Source of the DNA: a virus
Taxonomy: Duplodnaviria; Caudoviricetes
DNA: 25,311 nucleotides
Reading direction: 5' to 3' (one strand)
Virus record (IMG/VR): IMGVR_UViG_3300025264_000104
Coordinates: 1-25,311 of that record
Part shown: positions 1-9,293 of the stretch, piece by piece
Layout: each line of letters starts with the position of its first letter
Position numbering within the stretch: position 1 is the stretch's first letter
The notes under the pieces: model-generated
The model's database searches: none
What the model was told of the DNA's origin: nothing
The model's input: only the letters and a program-made list of their open reading frames with translations
Made by a program: the position numbers and the translations under genes

Positions 1-672
1 TCCTATAGCAGCAGCAGTTTCTTCGATTGTTACCCCTGCCGAGGCAGCAATAGGCCCAACAAATTTAAAAGCCTCCCCAAGTTGAACAAGATTTGTATTT
101 GTGGTCGTAAAGGTATTGACCAAGACATCATTGACCCGAGTCAAGTCCTCCGTATTTAAAGCGAAGCCAGTCAAAATATTTGAAACGATATCTGCTGATT
201 GACCGAGACCGAGTTGTGCGGCAGCTGCTAGTTGCAAAGTGCCTTCTAAGGAAGACAGAGACTTCTCTGCACCGAAACCTGCCATGGCCAAAAAGCCCAA
301 AGCATCAGCAGCTTGTTCTGCTGAAAAGCGCGTCTCTGCGCCTAGTCTACGTGCTTCTGTTGAGAGCGCCGCCATTTGTACTCGCGTTGCTCCTGACACA
401 GCTTGAACTCGGTTCATGCCCTCCTCAAAATTACCGGCAGTACGGAGAACAAGAACACTAAGAGCGGTAAGGGGAGTCGTCAGGTACAACGACATATTCC
501 GCCCAGCTGACTGCATTGTTTTTGCAGCGCGATTAAGTGAACCCTGCATCCTCTGAGTTTTTTTATCTAGATCAGTGGCAGCATCACCCACACCATCAAT
601 AGCTTTTTCGGCAAGACGGCCCCCCGTCACCGCCCCTGAAGCATCTATCTTAATAGTAAGAGTACGTGCCAT
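1..672 (-). CDS. Tape measure protein, N-terminal part (TP901-type core), runs off the window edge
   Basis: Not in the ORF track. Read by hand from ATG at 672: MARTLTIKIDASGA...NFEEGMNRVQAVSGAT...ARRLGAETRFSAEQAADALGFLAMAGF...EETAAAIG, open to position 1. Typical tape-measure core signature, directly after the tail chaperones. Confidence 0.93.
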   Translation of the reverse strand, partial: MARTLTIKIDASGAVTGGRLAEKAIDGVGDAATDLDKKTQRMQGSLNRAAKTMQSAGRNMSLYLTTPLTALSVLVLRTAGNFEEGMNRVQAVSGATRVQMAALSTEARRLGAETRFSAEQAADALGFLAMAGFGAEKSLSSLEGTLQLAAAAQLGLGQSADIVSNILTGFALNTEDLTRVNDVLVNTFTTTNTNLVQLGEAFKFVGPIAASAGVTIEETAAAIG

Positions 673-673
673 G

Positions 674-1021
674 CTACTTTGTATTTCGCCGTTGTTCGGC
701 CTTATCTGATTGCCACTTTAAATACACGCCATCCATTGCTAGTACTTGCCTGAAAAGAATGTCTTGAAGAGTGTGTTCTCGGATGCCGAGCCATTGAAGA
801 TGTACTAAGATCTCACTGGGGAGAATCCCTGATACACCTCCCATACCACTCACCACTCGACTCGAAGTGAGTACCCAGAACGTGTCCCAAGGAATCCTCA
901 GATGGACATCTAACTCAGGTCGGTCCTGTAGCATCCGAGGAATCGCTTTTCCTTCTTCTTCGAGTTCTTCTAGCCAGTCAACGTCCTTACCATGTTCGAG
1001 TTGCCAGGTAAGGACCTCGGT
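674..1021 (-). CDS. Tail assembly chaperone frameshift extension (gpT-like), reached by -1 frameshift
   Basis: The frame is open from 1021 (TEVLTWQLEHGKDVDWLEE...) into the 674..934 ORF. A slippery heptamer A-AAT-TTA lies at 1021-1027. Position is between the chaperone and the tape measure. Confidence 0.85.
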   Translation of the reverse strand, partial: TEVLTWQLEHGKDVDWLEELEEEGKAIPRMLQDRPELDVHLRIPWDTFWVLTSSRVVSGMGGVSGILPSEILVHLQWLGIREHTLQDILFRQVLAMDGVYLKWQSDKAEQRRNTK

Positions 1022-1446
1022 AAATTTTCAATGTCTTCTTCTAGTTCTTCTGCGCGGTAGGAAGACTCATCTAAAGCGGCATTCACAATCTCATCAAAGA
1101 TCCAACGATATTCTTCCTTCCCTAACAAGTCCTTTGCATTCCCTTTGGAGTAAGGGAATGCTGCCCCTGGAGACTCTTCAATATCCCTCCAGTCAAGCAG
1201 GATGGTGTCTAAGACAAGCCGGTAGTTCATCTCCTCAGCAATCTCTGGAGGAACAGTCCGGCCTTTAATATGCTTCCGCCCCGGAGCGGGGCGGCGATAC
1301 TCCTGTTGCAATTTCGTCTGTAACGAGCGGAATGCCGGGTTATCCCAGCGTGCCACCAGTACCTCCCCACCCTCTGAAAGCATTACCCAACGCCCCTCAG
1401 AGCTGACTGCCGCATTGATCTTTGCGGCTTGCAAATTCAGAGCCAT
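970..1446 (-). CDS. Tail assembly chaperone (gpG-like)
   Basis: 158 aa between tail tube and tape measure, with an 'ILLDWRDI' motif and an acidic C-terminus ending near the slippery site. Confidence 0.85.
   Translation of the reverse strand: MALNLQAAKINAAVSSEGRWVMLSEGGEVLVARWDNPAFRSLQTKLQQEYRRPAPGRKHIKGRTVPPEIAEEMNYRLVLDTILLDWRDIEESPGAAFPYSKGNAKDLLGKEEYRWIFDEIVNAALDESSYRAEELEEDIENLPRSLPGNSNMVRTLTG
1021..1027 (-). other. -1 programmed ribosomal frameshift site AAATTTA (X XXY YYZ)
   Basis: In-frame codons GAA AAT TTA give A-AAT-TTA. The -1 frame is open for 115 codons to the stop at 674. Confidence 0.8.
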
Positions 1447-1469
1447 ACAGAATCCTTTATTGAGTTATC

Positions 1470-2636
1470 CTAGGCCGCAAACTTATCGACCTGGATAGTT
1501 GTCCCCGAAGCGGGGTCGCGGTACCCTTCAAAAGCGAGTGAGACCATCACGTCCTGGTTCTGACCGCCGGCATTAGGATCGCCTGTCAGTTTCACAGCGG
1601 GGAGGGTAAATACGTAGCGGTTGCCATCATCATCTGAGACTTCCCAGGACAGGGCCACCGTCGTATGAGCCAGAGCATCTGCATACAGAGTGGCATCCTC
1701 GAAATACGCCTCTAGGGTGCCGTCTACAACAAATGTCCCGTCATTGATTTCAGCAACGGTCGTACTGCCGATTTTGTCCGGTGCACGAAGACTGCCGTTT
1801 ACCGTGAAGGCAATAGATCGGATAGCCGTAGATAGAGTGACGTAGTCTTTCATGATCGCACCCACATCTGTCGAGGCGTTCATGACATTGTTTGTAGACG
1901 CAACCGTGCTGGCTCCGTCTCCAATCGTGGTCGCCTGCTGAGTCAGGTCCTTTGCCATCCAGTTAAACGTACCGGTGATGATGGCGCGTGAGGTGAAGTT
2001 CATGGACAGCTGCGACATGCGCGCACCCGTTTCGTACTTGAACCGAGTAATGTCATTGAACTCTTGTTCTAAGAGATAGCTGATTTCTGACGTGCCTAGC
2101 TCTAAGTGCCCATCGCCTTTGATGGTCGCTGTCGAATCAGCTTCTGTAGAGAGCGGACCATTGACGACAATGGTGTTGGTATTAACACCTGAAATACGCC
2201 AGCGTCCGTTGTTTGCAGCAACAGAGGCCCCGGAGATTTCAATCCACTGACCGACAACAAAGTTCTCCAGGCTAGGACCACGGATCGTATTATAGGGATC
2301 AGCCTCAAAAGAGAAATTATCGGTGCTACCTGCCCCTGTATAGGTAAGAGCAGCACTAAAGGTGTTCCCGAAAAGGCTTTCCATTGCCCATTCGAGTTCG
2401 CCGTAAATCAGCTCAAATCCAAAATCACCCGTAGCGCTGAACCCCGTTTGGATGATGTCTGTGACTTGTCTGTCTGAACGAATAATAGCAGATTTAGCGG
2501 TTGTTTTTCCCGAATTAAAATTCGCCGAGGTTGCATTGAATTCGGTCATTGCCGGAGTGGATGGTGTCTCCCCCCACGATGCCTCGGCTGTGGTTTTGCG
2601 CCGCACTTTCATACGATCTGACGCAGCAATTGCCAT
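1470..2636 (-). CDS. Major tail tube protein with internal beta-rich insertion domain
   Basis: 388 aa, Thr/Ala-rich, with tube-like motifs (EASWGETP, SAIIRSDRQ, GTLEAYFED, YVFTLPAVK). Located between tail terminator and chaperone. Confidence 0.9.
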   Translation of the reverse strand: MAIAASDRMKVRRKTTAEASWGETPSTPAMTEFNATSANFNSGKTTAKSAIIRSDRQVTDIIQTGFSATGDFGFELIYGELEWAMESLFGNTFSAALTYTGAGSTDNFSFEADPYNTIRGPSLENFVVGQWIEISGASVAANNGRWRISGVNTNTIVVNGPLSTEADSTATIKGDGHLELGTSEISYLLEQEFNDITRFKYETGARMSQLSMNFTSRAIITGTFNWMAKDLTQQATTIGDGASTVASTNNVMNASTDVGAIMKDYVTLSTAIRSIAFTVNGSLRAPDKIGSTTVAEINDGTFVVDGTLEAYFEDATLYADALAHTTVALSWEVSDDDGNRYVFTLPAVKLTGDPNAGGQNQDVMVSLAFEGYRDPASGTTIQVDKFAA

Positions 2637-2666
2637 AACTCATCTGTACTTCCCCCACACCAAATC

Positions 2667-3098
2667 TTAGGTAAAACGGTCATCCCGCTGAAAGTTTGTG
2701 ACAAGATTCAGCTGATACCAGCCGGTCCCGTCGGGCCCAATTTCTTCTACATTCGGCTCCCAACAGCGGATCGTTCCGGTTGCGCCCGCTGCAAAACTCA
2801 CATCACGCCATATGCTGCCTACACTGTCAGCATATTGGTATGCGAGTTCGGTCCCTGATTCTTCAGGAACAAAGATCTGATTGATGAGCGTGTAGTTGTA
2901 GCGCCGGAGCGGCACTGTCGTACCGACTGAGGCACGGCCGCCTTCGCGGTTACCTCGAATCGAAAGGGTAATCCATGCGGGAACAGCTGCATTGCGGCTC
3001 GGTTGCACGAACGGGACATTTTCCCATCGGATGGGAGTCGTTGTCCAGTTAGCCTCAAGGCGCTGTTCTATCGCATCTCTAACAGCATCAAAACCCAC
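2667..3098 (-). CDS. Tail terminator / tail completion protein
   Basis: 143 aa with 'IRWENVPF', 'INQIFVPEESG' and 'GWYQLNL' motifs, immediately upstream of the tail tube. Confidence 0.8.
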   Translation of the reverse strand: MGFDAVRDAIEQRLEANWTTTPIRWENVPFVQPSRNAAVPAWITLSIRGNREGGRASVGTTVPLRRYNYTLINQIFVPEESGTELAYQYADSVGSIWRDVSFAAGATGTIRCWEPNVEEIGPDGTGWYQLNLVTNFQRDDRFT

Positions 3099-3114
3099 CG
3101 CTCGTCCATCATCC

Positions 3115-3540
3115 CTACCCTACACCTTTGAGTAACAATGCTTCGAGTTCCACGTCCACACTGGCCAGCACTTCCGCGACGGCCATTTCTACAAATCCAG
3201 CTGGAGCCTTTTGACTCCAGCCGTCATTAAGTCTCTGAATATACGGTAAGCCATTCACAATGTACAGAACAGCTGCCCCTTCAACGTTTCGCTGTGAAGT
3301 AAGCCCTTCTGGCTCAGTAGGGCGAGCATATGTCCCGGGGGGCTTGACGCCTACCGCCCTCTCGCCCGGATTTGTCCGCCGAATACGCCAACTGGCTCGT
3401 GCCCGTCCAGACAGGACAGGCGTCTCTTCTGTAAGGCGTCCCCAGACGTCAATAGTCACTTTCCTAATGACTGTAGAAACCTCGCTATCAAGAGCCTCCG
3501 CCAGTTTATTCAGGCCCGCAGCGAACTCCTTACCTGTCAT
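3115..3540 (-). CDS. HK97 gp10-like neck/tail completion protein
   Basis: 'TPVLSGRARASW', 'NGLPYIQRLNDGWSQKAPAGFV'. Start placed at MTGKEF (3540), which overlaps the upstream stop (TAATG). Confidence 0.85.
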   Translation of the reverse strand: MTGKEFAAGLNKLAEALDSEVSTVIRKVTIDVWGRLTEETPVLSGRARASWRIRRTNPGERAVGVKPPGTYARPTEPEGLTSQRNVEGAAVLYIVNGLPYIQRLNDGWSQKAPAGFVEMAVAEVLASVDVELEALLLKGVG

Positions 3541-4157
3541 TATTGTCTCACTAGGCAGGTATACGTGGCCCCTGCTGGATCGGCTACTACAGGCCCTATA
3601 ATCCGCCAAATCTCTACATCCCTAATCCGCGCTACCGAGGAATCTTCTGCTGTAAGAGATTTATCGACAACGATGAGATCTGTGTTGATACCCGTAACCT
3701 TCGCGATTCCGGTGTTACCGCTTTCTGCGGCAAAGGCTGTATGTATCCACTGCCCTACAGCAATACTCCCTAGGCTCGCGCCTCGAATAGCGTTGTATGG
3801 ATCGGCTTCAAACGAAAAGTCATCTGCTGTCCCTGCCCCGGTATGATCAAACAAATCCCCAGAAACACGGTGGATTTCTCCATCTTCAGTGGGAATAGTC
3901 GTTCCTAAGTCCTTTCCAAAGAGTACCACCTGTCGCTGTCGAATATTCACACCCTGCCCATCCACACGCTGACTACGGATATCAGACCATACGGCATCAA
4001 TATCGGCAATGATTGTTGCTGTTTCTGTAGGAGTGGCTGAGGTAGCCGGAGCATACGCCGTTGCGGTGATTTTTCGATAGGTCACCACCTCTACCACGTC
4101 CCCCAGGGCGTTAGCTGCCGCTTTCGCCACATTCTTAAAGGTGTCCTGGAGTCCCAT
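3540..4157 (-). CDS. Head closure (head-tail joining) protein with an inserted domain shared with the tail tube
   Basis: Follows the adaptor gene and ends 'DPAGATYTCLVRQ'. An internal segment of about 75 aa is clearly homologous to part of the tail tube. Confidence 0.72.
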   Translation of the reverse strand: MGLQDTFKNVAKAAANALGDVVEVVTYRKITATAYAPATSATPTETATIIADIDAVWSDIRSQRVDGQGVNIRQRQVVLFGKDLGTTIPTEDGEIHRVSGDLFDHTGAGTADDFSFEADPYNAIRGASLGSIAVGQWIHTAFAAESGNTGIAKVTGINTDLIVVDKSLTAEDSSVARIRDVEIWRIIGPVVADPAGATYTCLVRQ

Positions 4158-4169
4158 GGCTTATCTTCT

Positions 4170-4679
4170 TTAGGCGCGCACCAGACGCGCCATGCTTGGA
4201 CGCATTGAGCGAACCTCCCCATAAAAGCTAAGCATGGAACTGACGCTATCTGGGACGACGTGCGGGCGATCAAACTTATCAATGTTCGCACTCACCGCTC
4301 CGGCACTGAGGGAGGAGAAACCCCTAGTGTCGGAGTCGGCTGTGCGATCGGACCCGAGCAGCCAGAATGCAAACTCTGCTTCTGCGTCCTTGAGGAACGC
4401 AGGAATTATTAAAGCGGAAAATTCTAATCCCTGACGATCCAACACGTCTATCCGAGGCCATAAAAGGGATTGAGTGCTTGTATTAGAGGACCCCTTCCAG
4501 CGCGTCCATTCATCCAGTAGTCGCGTAGCTGTCACAAGAGCGCGGTTCTTGTTATCGTCCGTGGCCGCTGTCCAATTCGTGTTATCTAGGCGACTGTCGT
4601 GATAGGTGTCTGCCTCGGCAAGCGTGCAGTATGTGTTGCTATCTGTCCCACCAACCGTCGCATCAAGTGTAAGCGCCAT
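4170..4679 (-). CDS. Head-tail adaptor protein (family often annotated DnaT-like)
   Basis: 'SNTYCTLAEADTYH', 'ALVTATRLLD', 'WKG...QSLLWPR', 'IPAFLKDAEAEFA' are typical of this adaptor family. Confidence 0.85.
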   Translation of the reverse strand: MALTLDATVGGTDSNTYCTLAEADTYHDSRLDNTNWTAATDDNKNRALVTATRLLDEWTRWKGSSNTSTQSLLWPRIDVLDRQGLEFSALIIPAFLKDAEAEFAFWLLGSDRTADSDTRGFSSLSAGAVSANIDKFDRPHVVPDSVSSMLSFYGEVRSMRPSMARLVRA

Positions 4680-4763
4680 ACCTCTGTTCCTTCCTCTAGC
4701 CTATTAGGCCGAGGATTGGGCCGGCTTGTCAAGCCACAGCCAACCGTCTTTCTGTCCATGATT

Positions 4764-5594
4764 TCATTTTCGTGCTCCTACTCGACTCGGGAGATTTCGC
4801 CAGTAAGGATGAGTCAGGTTCAACTTAATTCCCCGTCCAGTCATGCCTGACACATCTTCTTGCCAACTCTTAAAAGTCTTCCAACGATCCCCTTTCCAGT
4901 GGTCCATGTACGAGGCTAGAGGACTTGCTAGCCAAGCATGCCCCTTAGGAACATGCGGTGTCAAATCGTGACTCGTAATCAATCCCGCACTTTCTTGACG
5001 CTTACGGAGCCAGTCAAAAACAAAACTGTCGTGCTGTTCAGGTAAATCTAGAACTGACCCAGAACGATAGAGTGCTTCCAAAGCAAGAGGAAAAAAAGGT
5101 CGTGTAGCAAGACGCGTATCCATCCCCCAACAGCCACACTCGGAGTGAGTATAGGCATGGCGACTCAAGTAAAAAAGAAAATGTCCGTTAAAAAGTGAAG
5201 GGAAAAAGTCTGCGGGTATGTCTTCAAAAATGAACACGTCTGCATCCAGCCATATCAGATACTCGGACCGGCAGTGAAGGGACGCATGTCCTAGCGCAAA
5301 GACTTTGTGAGCAAACCGTCGAACATCCCGCCGATAATCCTGAATATTCTGCGTAGTATGGTCATTCATAAACTCTCGGTAGGCAGCATATTCAAACGGG
5401 TCTTGCCACTCCCAGTGAGCAGGCCACTTTCCCTGTTGCCCATTGCTCTGCCCAACTCCACTTTCATCATAGACCCAAACATCGATGGATTCAGGAAGAT
5501 GGCTTGCCCACGAACGTAAACACAGCCGAGCATACCGCTCCCAGAGCGTATGATTGAATGTCGTAACAAGAGTTACAGTGTTGGTATCGTCCAC
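4764..5594 (-). CDS. Glycosyltransferase, GT-A fold
   Basis: 'RFAHKVFAL' and DxD motif 'YLIWLDADV', 'HSECG', 'HDSFVFD', 'DHWKG'. Confidence 0.8.
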   Translation of the reverse strand: MDDTNTVTLVTTFNHTLWERYARLCLRSWASHLPESIDVWVYDESGVGQSNGQQGKWPAHWEWQDPFEYAAYREFMNDHTTQNIQDYRRDVRRFAHKVFALGHASLHCRSEYLIWLDADVFIFEDIPADFFPSLFNGHFLFYLSRHAYTHSECGCWGMDTRLATRPFFPLALEALYRSGSVLDLPEQHDSFVFDWLRKRQESAGLITSHDLTPHVPKGHAWLASPLASYMDHWKGDRWKTFKSWQEDVSGMTGRGIKLNLTHPYWRNLPSRVGARK

Positions 5595-6292
5595 ATGAAC
5601 ACCTTATCTGCCCGCATCTCCAGTTCCAATTTCATGCCCATCTTTTCCAGGTATCTCATAGGCTCTTCAGCTGTATGCCCAAAACGCTCAGGAGGGGTCT
5701 TTCCTACTTCAAGCATAATAACAGGCCGACACCGCAGAATCGTAGCATAAGCCCCTATGAGAACATCCAGCTCGGCTCCCTCAACATCAATCTTGATGAA
5801 GTCACAGTGGGATAAATTCAATTCATCTAAGGTAGCGACAAGGACTGGCCCGTTTAGGCCAGATTGCATGAAACGTGCGCCAGTATTCCCTTGCCGCTTG
5901 GGCAGCGGGTCCGCCAACATCCGTCCTCTTCCATGGGACCTGCCTACTGCCACATTGTGAAGATGCACCGTTCCTGGCACGGCTGCTACGTTCTTAACCA
6001 AACATGCATAGTTAGTCGGATCAGGTTCAAAAGCGTACACCTCAGTAAACTGTTCTATCATGACTCGTGTCCACAACCCAACATGCGCACCAATGTCTAT
6101 CGCCACATGCTTCGTCGGGCAGTAGCTCATCCCCGCCCATAGGCGTTCAATAAGATAATTCCCGGTCTTTTCAACCGTCTCCCTGAAATGCGTGTCGGAT
6201 GCAGGAAGCCAGATATTGTTGACCTGAACCAGATCCCCTGTTTTTGCGTCTATTTCCAGGCCCATGGAAAAATCAGGTTTTGATTCTGGCAT
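5573..6292 (-). CDS. FkbM-family SAM methyltransferase
   Basis: 'AIDIGAHVG', 'VYAFEP', 'DFIKIDVEGAE'. Start placed at MPESKP (GGAG upstream). Confidence 0.92.
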   Translation of the reverse strand: MPESKPDFSMGLEIDAKTGDLVQVNNIWLPASDTHFRETVEKTGNYLIERLWAGMSYCPTKHVAIDIGAHVGLWTRVMIEQFTEVYAFEPDPTNYACLVKNVAAVPGTVHLHNVAVGRSHGRGRMLADPLPKRQGNTGARFMQSGLNGPVLVATLDELNLSHCDFIKIDVEGAELDVLIGAYATILRCRPVIMLEVGKTPPERFGHTAEEPMRYLEKMGMKLELEMRADKVFMWTIPTL

Positions 6293-6812
6293 AACAAGGC
6301 ACTCCAAATCTGTTCTCGTAGCTCTTCAATATCTCCGCCCATTTGTTAGGCTTCCACACAAGCGTATTACTGTTCCCGCTACCGTCGGGGAAAGGTTTTC
6401 CTCTCGCATATGTACCCACAATAACCCAAACCTTCCGCTGCGCTAAGGAAAACATTTCTTCTAATACCCAGTCTATATCCTCTGGCGTCAAATGTTCAAG
6501 AACGTCTTTTGTCACAACATAGTCAAACGTCCCTTGAGGAGGCGTAGCCCAGACAGAAACCGCAGGATCGTATCCTGTGACTAAAGCAACACCAGGAACA
6601 TCCCACGTCTGGTCTCGAATATACTCCCCCTTCCCACAGCCATAGTCTAAAACCGTATACGCTGCATCAGGAGGCACTTCCTCGCGCATCTGACGCGCAC
6701 AAGGTAACCCGCGCCCTTTCCATTGCTTGATTTGGCCATGCCGATGCCACTCCGTATACTTGGCAATAAGCGCCTGACATTGAGGGCTTGGATGTTCTCT
6801 AGAGTATTTCAT
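6273..6812 (-). CDS. Class I SAM-dependent methyltransferase
   Basis: 'VLDYGCGKG', 'GYDPAV', 'FDYVVTKDVLEHL'. Paralog of 9873..10454. Confidence 0.88.
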   Translation of the reverse strand: MKYSREHPSPQCQALIAKYTEWHRHGQIKQWKGRGLPCARQMREEVPPDAAYTVLDYGCGKGEYIRDQTWDVPGVALVTGYDPAVSVWATPPQGTFDYVVTKDVLEHLTPEDIDWVLEEMFSLAQRKVWVIVGTYARGKPFPDGSGNSNTLVWKPNKWAEILKSYENRFGVPCYARIKT

Positions 6813-6833
6813 GTTGCTTATATGTTAGCTAAG

Positions 6834-6870
6834 AGGTCAGACGCTCCGCCACAGACGCAGCATCTGACCT
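6834..6870 (-). promoter_or_regulatory. Intergenic hairpin carrying the CGTCTGTGGCG motif
   Basis: AGGTCAGATGCT / AGCGTCTGACCT stem (one G-U pair on the minus strand) encloses an 11-nt motif also found twice at about 16.66-16.70 kb. Confidence 0.5.
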
Positions 6871-6913
6871 CAGCTTCTGCTGTGGTGTAGGAAAATCAGC
6901 AGAAGGCGGTGAT

Positions 6914-7582
6914 TCACGCTCGGACTTCGTCCTCCCACTCCGAGGTGAAATTAAATGATCCTCGATGGATGCCAGGAATGCCCATTGTATAATGAATAGC
7001 CTTGGGCAATTGGTCAGTCACACCCTGGGGTTCAAGATGGTTCCAAGCAGCCGGTAAAGAGCCAATATGTTGATCCAACACCCATTGAAATCGATGGAGA
7101 TATGCCCCGGACTGGGAGTTTATCGTGTGAAGGGCTAACGTTCGGCTTGCTTCATGCCCACAGTTCCACAGGATGAGGCTACTCCAATTCTTCCGAGGAT
7201 ACTGTGCCTGAGGAATGCCCCCCATCTTTGTTGTCTCCTCTGGCTGGTAATTATGTTTGACAACCTGCACGGCATACCTTGAATCGCGCAGTGCCCAGAG
7301 TTCAGAAATGTCAGCCTGGAAGAGGAAGTCAGCATCAACAAAGAGTGCCCAGCCCTGGTAGCCACACAAGGCGGGGACCAGAAAACGAGTGTACGTAAAC
7401 TCCGTCGAGGCACGAGGATCTCGGTCCCGGATATACAAACCGAGGGAACGAAGTATGCGTTGATCTAGGAGAAAGATTTGCAAGGGGTGGTCTGTTCGAC
7501 GCCAAATAGACTTCTGACAAATAAGGCTAGCGAGCCCCTCGCCGCCGTCATACCCAATAAAAATGCGAATCGACTCCGTCAT
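6914..7582 (-). CDS. Glycosyltransferase, GT8-like
   Basis: 'IFIGYD', 'STEFTYTRFLVP', DxD 'FVDADFL', 'YPRKNWSS', 'IHYTMG'. Confidence 0.9.
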   Translation of the reverse strand: MTESIRIFIGYDGGEGLASLICQKSIWRRTDHPLQIFLLDQRILRSLGLYIRDRDPRASTEFTYTRFLVPALCGYQGWALFVDADFLFQADISELWALRDSRYAVQVVKHNYQPEETTKMGGIPQAQYPRKNWSSLILWNCGHEASRTLALHTINSQSGAYLHRFQWVLDQHIGSLPAAWNHLEPQGVTDQLPKAIHYTMGIPGIHRGSFNFTSEWEDEVRA

Positions 7583-7827
7583 GCCGCCTGCTTTTTCTTT
7601 TCTAGCCGAACTCTCCCAGAGACGCGAATAATACGCGGCGTAGTCGCATTCTCCATAATCAGATTGCCTTTCAAGTCCTGGTCATAAACCTCAACCCAGC
7701 CCTCATCACTGTCTGCCTCACAGTAGTTATCAAGCAAAATTCCATTGAAGTAGACGGCAATAATGTCACTTTCTTTGCTATAATAGGGCGATTCCTTGTC
7801 AACTGAGATATGTGTTATCTTTTCCAT
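7579..7827 (-). CDS. Hypothetical protein (82 aa)
   Basis: Fills the gap and overlaps both neighbours. 'VYFNG...CEADSDEGWV'. Confidence 0.7.
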   Translation of the reverse strand: MEKITHISVDKESPYYSKESDIIAVYFNGILLDNYCEADSDEGWVEVYDQDLKGNLIMENATTPRIIRVSGRVRLEKKKQAA

Positions 7828-8474
7828 TCGACACCGCCTTCTTCTCCCTCCTGGGTGTATCCATACGCTTTAACAAGATCCTCCCCGCCTCTTTCTTTCC
7901 ATCGCTTATCAAGGTCAGGTGTCCAGATGTCTTGCCAACGGCTATGTTGAGGCTGATACGTTCGTGTCCCCCCAATCATCTGCGCCGCGATTGTTTCTGC
8001 GTCTATCTCAACCTCTAAAATGTCGGCTAGAACCTGAACATGTATTTCTCTGCTTGGCCCAACCATATCTTCAAAACGAAAGACGAGACGATGTCTTGGC
8101 CAATCCACAAACTGAGAGGCTCGCATAAAAAAGCGTGGCGTCATCATGTGCTCTAAAGATGTCCGTGCTTCTGTTGCAGTTAAAGGATTGTGACGGTATT
8201 GCCAGCGATATGCCGAAATCAATACATTTCGGGGATCGCGAATGATGCCGATAAACTGATGCTTGCCGATATCGGCAGGATAGGGGATATGCGTATAGGC
8301 AACTTCGTGCTCGCCAAGGGTACAGAATCCAGGGCCATACGGCTCGTGCCTCCATTCCCTTTTCGTCACCGTTCGGCTGAACTTATCAGGGGCAGGCGTC
8401 CAGCCCATCAACTCCACAGCGCGCTGTAGGAGACGAACACCGCTCTTTTGCAAGCCATTGCAGATTACACCCAT
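7815..8474 (-). CDS. Sulfotransferase-domain protein
   Basis: PAPS-binding-like motifs 'NGLQKSG' and 'IIRDPRNVLISAY', plus 'FRFEDM'. Confidence 0.82.
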   Translation of the reverse strand: MGVICNGLQKSGVRLLQRAVELMGWTPAPDKFSRTVTKREWRHEPYGPGFCTLGEHEVAYTHIPYPADIGKHQFIGIIRDPRNVLISAYRWQYRHNPLTATEARTSLEHMMTPRFFMRASQFVDWPRHRLVFRFEDMVGPSREIHVQVLADILEVEIDAETIAAQMIGGTRTYQPQHSRWQDIWTPDLDKRWKERGGEDLVKAYGYTQEGEEGGVEWKR

Positions 8475-8475
8475 A

Positions 8476-9075
8476 TCATTTCCCCGTCGTGGCAGAACGA
8501 TAAATCACTTGTAGAGTGTTACGTGTCCCGCTAATAGGGCGACACCCATGCCAGCTCGTAGCAGATCGGACAAAGCCAAGCATCGTATTTGGGCGGTAGG
8601 ATACAAGCTGTGTGTTGGGCAGAGTATCCTCCGCTGCGGTATAAAGACGAGTTCCCCAAGCAGCGTGTTGGCGATTCTGCGCGAGGTAAAAGATAAGCGT
8701 TACGATCTTGCTCTTAGCATCCGTATGCGGAGCTAGGTAGTAGCCAGGCAAATCTTGAAAGAGACGAATGTCAATCATGCCGTAGTCAGGCAAGTCTAGC
8801 CGCTCAAACCTTTTCCGTACCCAGTGCCACAAGTCGTCGCTCCTCAATTCAGCATCCAATGCCCGCCAAATGTCGGAGTCTAAGGACCCGAGAGGACAAT
8901 CTAGACGATGTGCCTTGCCCCGCTCATTCTTGATTTTGGCATCGTAGACCTCGGATGGGGGGATTGTCTGAAGAAGAAGCTGATAGTCTTCTTCCTGAAA
9001 GACATTCTCCGCTAAGACGTGAGGAAAAGGCTGAAAAATGGTATCTGTTACCCGTAATACGTCCCAATTCAGCAT
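8476..9075 (-). CDS. 2OG-Fe(II) oxygenase
   Basis: HxD...H triad ('PHTD', 'SWHG'), distal Arg ('RNTLQ') and N-terminal 'PFPH'. Confidence 0.9.
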   Translation of the reverse strand: MLNWDVLRVTDTIFQPFPHVLAENVFQEEDYQLLLQTIPPSEVYDAKIKNERGKAHRLDCPLGSLDSDIWRALDAELRSDDLWHWVRKRFERLDLPDYGMIDIRLFQDLPGYYLAPHTDAKSKIVTLIFYLAQNRQHAAWGTRLYTAAEDTLPNTQLVSYRPNTMLGFVRSATSWHGCRPISGTRNTLQVIYRSATTGK

Positions 9076-9077
9076 AG

Positions 9078-9293
9078 CTATTCTTTCTTATCTGTCCGCT
9101 TAACCGGCACAACATGACCAGAATAAGCGCAATCTTCTCGTTTTTGTCTCGGGTGAACGTGCTTAGCAATTTCTCCGACAAGCCGCCCTTTAGAATCTAC
9201 CCAAACGCGATGGGGAGCGTACTCCTTTCCTATCCGGCTATTGGGACAAATGACTTTTTCTTGTTCATCCGGTTTTCGTCCACTAGCAGGCAT
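9078..9293 (-). CDS. Small basic hypothetical protein with scattered Cys/His
   Basis: Start MPASGRK overlaps the upstream stop (TGATG). Ends 2 nt before the next start. Confidence 0.55.
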   Translation of the reverse strand: MPASGRKPDEQEKVICPNSRIGKEYAPHRVWVDSKGRLVGEIAKHVHPRQKREDCAYSGHVVPVKRTDKKE

